From an uncultured Candidatus Saccharibacteria bacterium (lineage in GTDB: Bacteria > Patescibacteriota > Minisyncoccia > Phycocordibacterales > PALSA-1337), in NCBI GenBank assembly GCA_964532285.1, contig CAZHHB010000002.1:36684-100683 (forward strand): 64,000 nucleotides of DNA. Reading direction: 5' to 3'. A program made the translations under genes and the position numbers. The notes under the pieces are model-generated. The model was not told the DNA's origin and did not search any database. It worked only from the letters and a program-made list of their open reading frames with translations. Below are positions 49,983-57,739 of this stretch, piece after piece. How positions within the stretch are numbered: the stretch's first letter is position 1; each line of letters begins with the position of its first letter.

Positions 49983-51092
49983 TCATGTGTACAAAACCCT
50001 CGCGACTTCTTCTCTGGTTGTAATCCCCCACTCTACCTTTTCCAAACCATCTTCGGTAATAGGACGAAAGCCTCTATCGCGGGCATAATCGCTACAAACA
50101 TTCAAAGACTCTTTCTTGGCGATGAGATCCCGCATACCCGCATCTATCTCCAATGCCTCTGCGATCACAGAGCGTCCGATAAAACCCGAATACCGACAAC
50201 GATCACAGCCTTCTGCGAAACATTCATGGCACATCGTACGGATCAGGCGCTGAGCGATGATAAGTTTCAAGGTGGAAGCCAGTAGGTATTGATCCACGCC
50301 CATATCCATAAGTCGCGGTATAGTCTCAAGAGCAGAATTGGTATGTAATGTAGACAAAACCAAGTGACCCGTAAGAGCTGTGTGAATAGCGACCTTGGCA
50401 GTTTCGTTGTCCCTGATCTCACCAACCATGATGACATCGGGATCTTGACGCAAGGCCGAACGCAGACCATTGGCGAAAGTGACACCGTGAGCGTGATTGA
50501 TATGAACTTGTCTAACTCCTTTGATCTCGTATTCGACAGGATCTTCTAATGTAATGATGGAAAGTGGCTCGCTGACTTTCAAAGACAGAGAGGTGTGGAG
50601 AGTAGTTGTCTTGCCGGAACCGGTTGGGCCAGTGACGAGGATGAGTCCGTGGGTTCTTTTCAATGCATCATCTATAGCACGCACATGGTCTGGGGTAAAT
50701 CCAAGTTTAGAAAATGAAATATTGCGAATTGAGTCGGCAGGAAGAAGACGCAATACAGCATTTTCTCCATGATATGTAGGCAAAAATGAAATACGGATAT
50801 TGTAAATCTCTCCAGCAACATCAGATCTGAAACGCCCATCTTGTGGCAGGGCGTGTATATCTGTACGCGCACCGGAAAGGATCTTGAGACGAGCGATCAT
50901 CTCTTCGTGAAGTCTCTTGGGTAAAATACCTGCTTCTGTGATCTGCCCGTCAACTCGTAATCGTACGACGACCGTATCAACACTGGGGTCACAGTGAATA
51001 TCAGACGCTCGCATATAAACGGCATACGCCAAAATATCATCTATTGTTTCTACTGCCGTAGATGGATTTTTAGGAAACTTTATTTTGTTCAT
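49983..51092 (-). CDS. pilB: Type IV pilus assembly ATPase (GspE/PilB family, short form)
   Basis: 369 aa; Walker A VTGPTGSGKTTTL, Asp box, His box and a C-terminal tetracysteine CHEC...CDRC. Confidence 0.85.
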   Translation of the reverse strand: MNKIKFPKNPSTAVETIDDILAYAVYMRASDIHCDPSVDTVVVRLRVDGQITEAGILPKRLHEEMIARLKILSGARTDIHALPQDGRFRSDVAGEIYNIRISFLPTYHGENAVLRLLPADSIRNISFSKLGFTPDHVRAIDDALKRTHGLILVTGPTGSGKTTTLHTSLSLKVSEPLSIITLEDPVEYEIKGVRQVHINHAHGVTFANGLRSALRQDPDVIMVGEIRDNETAKVAIHTALTGHLVLSTLHTNSALETIPRLMDMGVDQYLLASTLKLIIAQRLIRTMCHECFAEGCDRCRYSGFIGRSVIAEALEIDAGMRDLIAKKESLNVCSDYARDRGFRPITEDGLEKVEWGITTREEVARVLYT

Positions 51093-51111
51093 GTGGCAAT
51101 CGTATCAAACA

Positions 51112-51153
51112 AAGATAAATTCCTGATAAAAAAGAGATAAATTCCTGATAAAA
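51112..51153 (+). promoter_or_regulatory. Two 19-bp direct repeats (agataaattcctgataaaa) in the divergent pilB / kinase-like intergenic region
   Basis: Copies at 51112-51130 and 51135-51153, followed by a GC-rich segment with ggctcgccgtag x2. Confidence 0.45.
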
Positions 51154-51341
51154 TTCTTCGGCTCGCCGTAGTCCTGAGCCTGTCGAAGGACGAAGGCGGT
51201 CTAGGCTCGCCGTAGCCATGGGCGGAGGCGGCCCCTTCCCTTTTTTGAAATATGTGGTATTATCTTTCGCAGGCTGTTCTTTCTAGAAAACGATTGGAAA
51301 GACTTGCCTTTCGGCTGTTAAACAATCAAAAATACATAAAG

Positions 51342-52061
51342 ATGGCAAAAAGACTCAAGATCAACGGCATTCTGGCAACGGGTATCAGTCACAGTGGTAA
51401 GGGAACGCTCCTTAAACTGTTGGAGGAGGCCTTGTACCCCCACCATTCTGGGGGTCAGGTGAGTCGTGTGAGCATGGGAGACATCATTGTTTGGGGCAGC
51501 GACCTCAGCAACAAAATCGGCGAGGATGTGCGGAGGGAGCAATTGGAAGTCCTCGGTGGTGGCAGGTTCAGCGATGGCGTACTTATCCGCCTCTTTGACT
51601 TCTGGCTCGCCAGCGAGTTGGAAAGGGACCCGCAGATCAACACCGTTCTCATGAGCGACGCGCCCAGGAGTGTCCCCCAGCTCAATGCATTCACGAGCTT
51701 CGACAAATGGGCGGTGATTCACGTTAAGCTCGGGTGCGAGACCGCACGGCACATCAACCTCAAGAGGAGCGAGAAGGGTGGACGTGTCAACGAGGCCGTT
51801 ATCAGGAATGTGTTCGAGAGGCGGTGGAATCAGTATCGGGACGACACACTCTCCGCACTGAGTCAGTTGAAAAAATCCACAGTGCATGTTGATTACCACG
51901 ACCCCATCAGCATCAAACTGAAGCATGTCCTGCACCACCTCTCGGGAATGGGGAAAGAAAAATCCCCCATACCGCAAAAATTGGTGTCCCACGCCCTGGC
52001 TCGGCTCGAGGTGGAAGATCACCCGATCCATGAACGAATCCGAGCGGTCCAGATGTTCTGA
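51342..52061 (+). CDS. Adenylate-kinase-like nucleoside monophosphate kinase (GC-rich, likely horizontally acquired)
   Basis: Start at MAKRLKINGILATGISHSGKGT (P-loop); NMP-binding-like segment GGGRFSDGVLIRLFDF...DAPRSVPQ. GC is about 58%; the antisense 288-aa ORF is judged an artefact. Confidence 0.5.
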   Translation: MAKRLKINGILATGISHSGKGTLLKLLEEALYPHHSGGQVSRVSMGDIIVWGSDLSNKIGEDVRREQLEVLGGGRFSDGVLIRLFDFWLASELERDPQINTVLMSDAPRSVPQLNAFTSFDKWAVIHVKLGCETARHINLKRSEKGGRVNEAVIRNVFERRWNQYRDDTLSALSQLKKSTVHVDYHDPISIKLKHVLHHLSGMGKEKSPIPQKLVSHALARLEVEDHPIHERIRAVQMF

Positions 52062-52085
52062 TCGAACTGGCCATGAATCATCATC

Positions 52086-52116
52086 TCCCCTACTGCATGC
52101 AGTCGGGGATTTTTTA
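52086..52116 (+). terminator. Rho-independent terminator (cccctactgca/tgcagtcgggg, T6)
   Basis: Hairpin followed by attttttat. Confidence 0.55.
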
Positions 52117-52129
52117 TATCTTGTCCAAA

Positions 52130-52170
52130 TCCAAGATCCGATCTTGGTATACCAAGATCCGACCTTGGTT
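52130..52170. repeat. Two family P palindromic units (ccaagatccgatcttggtata / ccaagatccgaccttggttga)
   Basis: Immediately downstream of the terminator. Confidence 0.75.
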
Positions 52171-52241
52171 GACTTATAACCCATTTTTATGCTTTACTTA
52201 TGGGACGAGCCACGGGCTCTTCTTTTTATCTTCCAAACCAA

Positions 52242-54149
52242 ATGGATATCAGAAACATCGCAATTATCGCGCACGTTGACCACGGCAAGACCACTCTTAC
52301 CGATGCCATTATGACCCAGTGTGGCCATGGTGACGAAGGAACAATGGACTCAAACGCCCTAGAACAAGAGCGCGGTATTACTATATACGCAAAGAATACC
52401 TCTATTATATACAAGGATAGCAAGATAAATATTGTTGATACTCCTGGACACGCCGATTTCGGCTCAGAGGTGGAGCGTGTCTTGCGTTCTATTGATACTG
52501 TTCTCTTGGTCGTCGATGCTCAAGAAGGTCCGATGCCACAGACGAGATTCGTTTTAAAAAAGTCTTTGGAATTGGGGCTGAAGCCAATCGTAGTTATAAA
52601 TAAAATAGACAAACCAGCAGCGAATCCTATGCGCGTGCACGATGAAGTATTGGAGCTATTTATGGAATTGGGTGCCAACGACGAGCAGATTAACTTCCCT
52701 ACTATATATGCAATCGGCCGTACTGGTGTGGCGAAGAGGAAGATGGAAGATGAGGCGAAAGATTTGACACCATTACTTGATGTCATACTTGAACATGTAC
52801 CTCCGGCAAACAGACAGCCGATGGCAGGAGAAAGCGGTTCGATGGACACGCTGTCAGAGCCTGCTGGCTCTGCAGCTAGTTCTCCCTCGCCTTCGCTCAG
52901 TCCGAAATGTCCATCGCCCTCGCTTTCTCCTGCCATCGGCTCCACCACTACCCTTACCGCGCAAGTCTTCAACCTCGGTTATGACAATTTCCTCGGAAGA
53001 TTGGCAGTCTGCCGTATATATACTGGAGTTATCAAAAATGGTCAGAATGTCTGGGTCAAAGATATAAATGGCAAATCATTTACTGGAAAAATAACAAAGC
53101 TTTTTACATTCAGCGGCAAAAAGCGTCTGGAGACAGAAATGGCCGAATCAGGAGATATTGTAACTGTTGCTGGCATGCCTGATATCTATATCGGCGAGAC
53201 AATCACTGATAATGAAAACATTTCTGCTCTCCCGGCAATCACCGTTGATGAACCTACTATTTCTCTACAATTCTTGGTCAACAATTCCCCTTTTGCTGGC
53301 AAGGAAGGAACTTTCGTTACAGGCAGACAGATCCGCGAACGCTTACAGCTTGAACTAGAGACCAATGTCGGCTTGAAAGTAGACTTTTCTCAAAACGAAT
53401 ATTTCACCGTCTATGGTCGCGGAGAACTCCACGTCGCTATATTGATTGAAAATATGCGCCGTGAAGGTTACGAACTGCAAGTCTCCCAACCAAAAGTTAT
53501 AACAAAAGAAGAAAATGGCAAAACCTTGGAACCTTTTGAAGAAATGATCATAGATACGCCACAGGAATATTCTGGAGCTATTATCGAAACTCTAGGCAAG
53601 CGCAAAGGTATCATGCATGACATGAAGAATCATGGCAATCAAGTGCGTATGGTTTTCGAAATACCGACTCGCGGACTACTTGGTTATAGGAATGCATTTA
53701 CTATAGATACAAAGGGCGAGGGTATCATGTCTTCACGCGTGATCGGATTCAAAGAGCACGCCGGCGATATAGAGAAACGCGAGACTGGATCCATGACTTC
53801 TATGGTATCTGGCAAATCATTTGGATTTTCACTATGGAATCTGCAGGATCGCGGACGCCTATTCATCATCCCGGCTATGGAAATATATGAGGGTATGGTT
53901 ATCGGCGACACATCCAAGGGTGACGATTTGGAAGTTAATCCCTGCAAAGGAAAACAGCTATCCAACATGCGTTCATCTGGTAAGGATGAGGCTCTGACTC
54001 TCGTACCACCTTTTACTTTGAGTATTGAACGCGGTCTTGAACTGATGCGTGATGATGAATACTTAGAAATCACCCCAAAGAGTGTAAGGTTGCGCAAGAA
54101 ATTTCTAACTGAATTGGATAGGGCCAGAGCGAGAAGGAAGGATTTGTAG
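52242..54149 (+). CDS. typA: Translational GTPase TypA/BipA with a ~45-aa Ser/Pro-rich insertion
   Basis: Start at MDIRNIAIIAHVDHGKTT; G-domain DTPGHADF, NKID. The GC-rich insertion ...GESGSMDTLSEPAGSAASSPSPSLSPKCPSPSLSPAIGSTTT lies between domains G and II. Confidence 0.9.
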   Translation: MDIRNIAIIAHVDHGKTTLTDAIMTQCGHGDEGTMDSNALEQERGITIYAKNTSIIYKDSKINIVDTPGHADFGSEVERVLRSIDTVLLVVDAQEGPMPQTRFVLKKSLELGLKPIVVINKIDKPAANPMRVHDEVLELFMELGANDEQINFPTIYAIGRTGVAKRKMEDEAKDLTPLLDVILEHVPPANRQPMAGESGSMDTLSEPAGSAASSPSPSLSPKCPSPSLSPAIGSTTTLTAQVFNLGYDNFLGRLAVCRIYTGVIKNGQNVWVKDINGKSFTGKITKLFTFSGKKRLETEMAESGDIVTVAGMPDIYIGETITDNENISALPAITVDEPTISLQFLVNNSPFAGKEGTFVTGRQIRERLQLELETNVGLKVDFSQNEYFTVYGRGELHVAILIENMRREGYELQVSQPKVITKEENGKTLEPFEEMIIDTPQEYSGAIIETLGKRKGIMHDMKNHGNQVRMVFEIPTRGLLGYRNAFTIDTKGEGIMSSRVIGFKEHAGDIEKRETGSMTSMVSGKSFGFSLWNLQDRGRLFIIPAMEIYEGMVIGDTSKGDDLEVNPCKGKQLSNMRSSGKDEALTLVPPFTLSIERGLELMRDDEYLEITPKSVRLRKKFLTELDRARARRKDL

Positions 54150-54321
54150 ACGAGCCCTGCAACATGTTTTTCACCAGCCTGCGGTACTCGCTCCGTGAAA
54201 TTGCTAGGTAAAAGGCTCAGGAATTATGAATAATTCCAACGACATTCGCCTTTTACCAAGCAATTTCTACTGCGCTCAGACATGTCCTCGGCTGGCTCTA
54301 AAACATGTTGCAGGGCTCGCT
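54150..54321. repeat. Copy D of family L palindromic element, flanked by an 18-bp locus-specific perfect IR (gagccctgcaacatgttt / aaacatgttgcagggctc)
   Basis: Core ...gaaattgctaggtaaaaggctcaggaattatgaataattccaacgacattcgccttttaccaagcaattt..., between the convergent genes typA and the bPH-AlbA_2 gene. Confidence 0.8.
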
Positions 54322-54322
54322 T

Positions 54323-55300
54323 TTACTTCCACCTCGTCTTTATATACTCTTCCGCTTCACTCATAGAAAAAGGTTGTGTGGAGTTCCCCATTCTCACATA
54401 AAACTCTTCCTTACCTCCAGAATTCTGTATGTAAGCCGGCTTATGACTAGGCTCAACATGTATCAGGCAAGCTTCATTGTCGTTGAAGTAGTCAAAGCGT
54501 ACACGAATGTAATTTACGAACTTGATGCCGATCATAGTCTTTACCAGCATATTTAAATGATTCTCAAGACCATCGCGATTCTTCTTTGCCAGAGTTTCAT
54601 AATCGTCTTTCAGACCAGTAACCTTGCCATCATCATCAACACCGATGATGAGGGTACCACCGTCTGCATTCATAAAACCGGCGATAGCTTTTGCAATAGA
54701 ATGTTCTACATCTTTACTGACAGTTTTCTTGCGCACATCATATCTCATGGTTTGTTTGAATTCCAAAAACATTCCCTCCCCTTCTTTTAGGAATAACTGC
54801 AGACTGCGGTTATGCATGGGTTTCTTGGAAGAATTTTCAATGGTCTGTTTTATGACAGAAGCGTGTTCGGCGAACTCTGAGACATTGCGTATCTTTGTGA
54901 CACGACCATTGTCATGTTCCAAGATGAGAGTGGCGTGACGAGTGATGCGATCTAACGGCGACTGAGTTATCTCTACAGCGACAACATGGAGCAGTGAGAC
55001 TGACTTCTGGCGACGGAAGATGAAACCGGAGCGCCTGACAATTTCCTTCTCTCTGATTTCAAAATATTTGAAATACCAATCAAAGAATAGAGACAGCACA
55101 TAAATGAGCTGAAACAGAGAGAAAACTATCATCAAAAAGTTGTTGTAGCTCAAAATCTTCAATAAACCCATATTGCGGAAGAAATCTTCATAGTTCGCGA
55201 CATAAGAGATGGCGACAAAGAATATACAAGCCACTATTTCCATCACGAGGACATTGCGAAGGAAGACTACGGGACCTTCTTTGATGATTATTCGCTTCAT
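54323..55300 (-). CDS. Membrane protein with bacterial PH (bPH_2/YdbT-like) domain fused to AlbA_2/Schlafen-like domain
   Basis: 325 aa; two N-terminal TMs, FEIREKEIVRRSGFIFRRQKSVSL (bPH-like), and C-terminal FLEFKQT...AIAGFMNADGGTLIIGVDDDGKVTGL (AlbA_2-like). Confidence 0.5.
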   Translation of the reverse strand: MKRIIIKEGPVVFLRNVLVMEIVACIFFVAISYVANYEDFFRNMGLLKILSYNNFLMIVFSLFQLIYVLSLFFDWYFKYFEIREKEIVRRSGFIFRRQKSVSLLHVVAVEITQSPLDRITRHATLILEHDNGRVTKIRNVSEFAEHASVIKQTIENSSKKPMHNRSLQLFLKEGEGMFLEFKQTMRYDVRKKTVSKDVEHSIAKAIAGFMNADGGTLIIGVDDDGKVTGLKDDYETLAKKNRDGLENHLNMLVKTMIGIKFVNYIRVRFDYFNDNEACLIHVEPSHKPAYIQNSGGKEEFYVRMGNSTQPFSMSEAEEYIKTRWK

Positions 55301-55495
55301 GTGATTATCCTAGCATATGGATAAGATCCCACCACCCCTAGCGAGACACGAGGTCGGACCTTGAACAAACAGACAACATGCCGCTAGGCACTGAGCGAAG
55401 CGAAGTGCTATATTCGCTTCGCTCATATATCGCCTACGCTCGGATTTTGTGTAAGTGGGCTTCCACAAATCCTCACTTGGCGCTATAATCTCCCC

Positions 55496-56800
55496 ATGCC
55501 AGAAAAGCTGAAAAAACTAGATACTGGAGCCTACAAAGGCGTTAGAGACTTCTTCCCAGAAGACATGGCGGTGGAGAAGAAGATTTTTGATATCTGGAAG
55601 AATGCATGCGAAAAGTATGGCTACGAAGAATATGGCGCTTCTGTTTTGGAGCCGGCAGATCTCTATCGTGCCAAGACTGGTGAAGAGATAGTCAATGAAC
55701 AGACTTACACATTCAAAGATCGCGGTGATCGCGAGGTTACTCTCCGACCAGAGATGACTCCGACACTCGCCCGCATGGTGGCCGCTCGCAAGCGCGAGCT
55801 TGTATTCCCTTTGCGCTGGTATTCTATCCCCAACCTATTCCGATACGAACAACCCCAGCGAGGACGTACTCGTGAACATTGGCAGTTGAATGCAGATATC
55901 TTCGGCGTGGATTCTACAAATGCCGAGATTGAAGTCATTAATATAGCTTATGACATCATGCGAGCCTATGGTTTGAAAGATACTGATTTTGAGATTCGTA
56001 TCAATAGTAGAAAGATTGTTAACTACATCACAAGTAGTGTTTTTGGATTGAATGAAGAGACTGCCAAGAAAGTTTCCAAGCTCATAGATAAGAAAGATAA
56101 GATGAAACCGGAAGCGTTTGAAGCTTGTTTGAAAGATATTATGCCAGACAGGTTAAATGAATTCCTCACCCTACTCAATTCCAAAAACTTTGAAGAATTC
56201 GTATCAAAGTTACCGAAGACGGATGAGGAACAAAACGGTTTGAAAGAAGTCCGTGAAGTTATCCGAGGACTAGAGCGTCTAGGAATCAAGAATGCTCGTT
56301 TTGATCAGACGCTGATGCGTGGTTTTGATTATTATACAGGTGTAGTATTCGAAGTCTTCGACCTCAATCCAGCCAATAAGCGTTCAATTTTCGGCGGTGG
56401 ACGATACGACGATCTACTATCACTATTTGGAAATGAAAAGATAACGGCTGTTGGATTTGGTGCGGGTGATCTGATCGCCAGAGATTTGATGGAGACTTAC
56501 GGAACTCTACCAAAGGCCAACGCTTCAGCAGATCTGATGATATGTATAGCAGGTGAAGAAAATACCCCTTATGCTTTGGAACTGGCACAGAAGTTGCGTT
56601 CCAAAGGAATACGCGTGAGTGTTGATCTGTCTGGCAAGAAATTGGGTGATCAGATAGGCAATGCAGACAAACGCAAGATCCCGAAAGTTGTTTGCATCGG
56701 GGATGAAGAAGTCAAAAGTGGAAAGTTGAAAGTGAAAAGTTTAGCAACTAAAGAAGAGGTTGATGCAACAGAAGAAAACGTCATTCGAATTCTAAGGTAG
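55496..56800 (+). CDS. hisS: Histidine--tRNA ligase
   Basis: 434 aa; class II motifs (RPEMTP, FDYYTG, GGGRYDDL) and a C-terminal anticodon-binding domain. Confidence 0.9.
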   Translation: MPEKLKKLDTGAYKGVRDFFPEDMAVEKKIFDIWKNACEKYGYEEYGASVLEPADLYRAKTGEEIVNEQTYTFKDRGDREVTLRPEMTPTLARMVAARKRELVFPLRWYSIPNLFRYEQPQRGRTREHWQLNADIFGVDSTNAEIEVINIAYDIMRAYGLKDTDFEIRINSRKIVNYITSSVFGLNEETAKKVSKLIDKKDKMKPEAFEACLKDIMPDRLNEFLTLLNSKNFEEFVSKLPKTDEEQNGLKEVREVIRGLERLGIKNARFDQTLMRGFDYYTGVVFEVFDLNPANKRSIFGGGRYDDLLSLFGNEKITAVGFGAGDLIARDLMETYGTLPKANASADLMICIAGEENTPYALELAQKLRSKGIRVSVDLSGKKLGDQIGNADKRKIPKVVCIGDEEVKSGKLKVKSLATKEEVDATEENVIRILR

Positions 56801-56928
56801 GTGAAGGTGACGAATGTATGTTTCGAGGAAACGAACGGAGCCTTGCAAGGCTCCGTTCTCGGCTTCGGAAATTTTCTGCTGAAAATTTCCTGCAGATGTT
56901 CCTCGAAACATACATTCGTCACCTTCAC
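56801..56928. other. 128-nt three-hairpin palindromic element: a perfect 30-bp inverted repeat enclosing two internal stem-loops, directly after the hisS stop
   Basis: gtgaaggtgacgaatgtatgtttcgaggaa (56801-56830) pairs with ttcctcgaaacatacattcgtcaccttcac (56899-56928). Internal stems are aacggagcc/ggctccgtt and ggaaattttc/gaaaatttcc. Confidence 0.6.
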
Positions 56929-56984
56929 AAAACATTTCGTAATACTATTTGCCTATTCCGTGTCCGTAACCTACAATATTACCC

Positions 56985-57560
56985 ATGCGCAGAATTACTC
57001 TAGATATAGAAACGAAAAACTTTTTCAGTGATGTTGGCTCCAATGATCCCACTGACCTGGATATTGCCGTAGTCTGTCTACACGATTCATTTGATGATCA
57101 GTATAAGAGCTTTCTGGAACAAGACTTTTCAAAGCTATGGGGCATACTAGAACAAGCGGATGTCCTCGTAACATGGAATGGTGACCACTTCGATATTCCC
57201 CTGCTTGGCAAATACTACTCCGGAGATCTCACGAAGATAAAGAGTGTTGACTTGATGAAAGAAGCTCAGAAAGTACTCGGAAGGCGTCTGAAACTAGACG
57301 GCGTCTGCGGAGCCACACTTGGCGTTAATAAGTCTGGAGATGGTATTGAGTCGGTGGAGTGGTGGAGAAACGGTGAGGTTGATAAGGTCATCAAATATTG
57401 TATAGACGATGTCAGACTTACAAAAGAACTCTATGACTATGCTCTCGCGAACAATCATCTGAAATACAGTGACGCCGGTACTATCAAACAAATAAAGCTA
57501 GATACCAGTAAATGGGAAGTTCCAGAATCTGGCGCTATGACTTTCACTTTACCTTTTTGA
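56985..57560 (+). CDS. DEDDy-type 3'-5' exonuclease (RNase H-like fold, PolB-exo-like)
   Basis: 191 aa; Exo I LDIETKN, Exo II TWNGDHFDIPLL, Exo III YCIDDVRLTKELYDY. Confidence 0.6.
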   Translation: MRRITLDIETKNFFSDVGSNDPTDLDIAVVCLHDSFDDQYKSFLEQDFSKLWGILEQADVLVTWNGDHFDIPLLGKYYSGDLTKIKSVDLMKEAQKVLGRRLKLDGVCGATLGVNKSGDGIESVEWWRNGEVDKVIKYCIDDVRLTKELYDYALANNHLKYSDAGTIKQIKLDTSKWEVPESGAMTFTLPF

Positions 57561-57576
57561 GATTGATGGCCCCAGT

Positions 57577-57726
57577 GAATATGTCCTCTCGCCAGCCTGC
57601 GAGACTCGCTTCGTGAAATTGCTAGGTAAAAGGCTCAGGAATTGTAAACAATTCCAACGACATTCGCCTTTTACCAAGCAATTTCAACTCGCTCAAACAA
57701 GTTCTCGGCTGTCTCGAAGACATATT
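57577..57726. repeat. Copy E of family L palindromic element; locus-specific IR gaatatgtc / gacatattc
   Basis: Same orientation as copy A, between the convergent exonuclease gene and the giant surface protein gene. Confidence 0.8.
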
Positions 57727-57739
57727 CACTGGGGTCGTG

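Noticed and set aside
4214-52170. CRISPR array hypothesis for the recurring 21-bp palindromic units
   Set aside because: The units are dispersed over about 48 kb. There are no regularly spaced spacers and no cas genes.
51318-52184. 288-aa minus-strand ORF across the GC-rich kinase-like gene
   Set aside because: It has no motifs, whereas the plus strand encodes a P-loop NMP-kinase-like protein. Long antisense ORFs are expected at ~58% GC.
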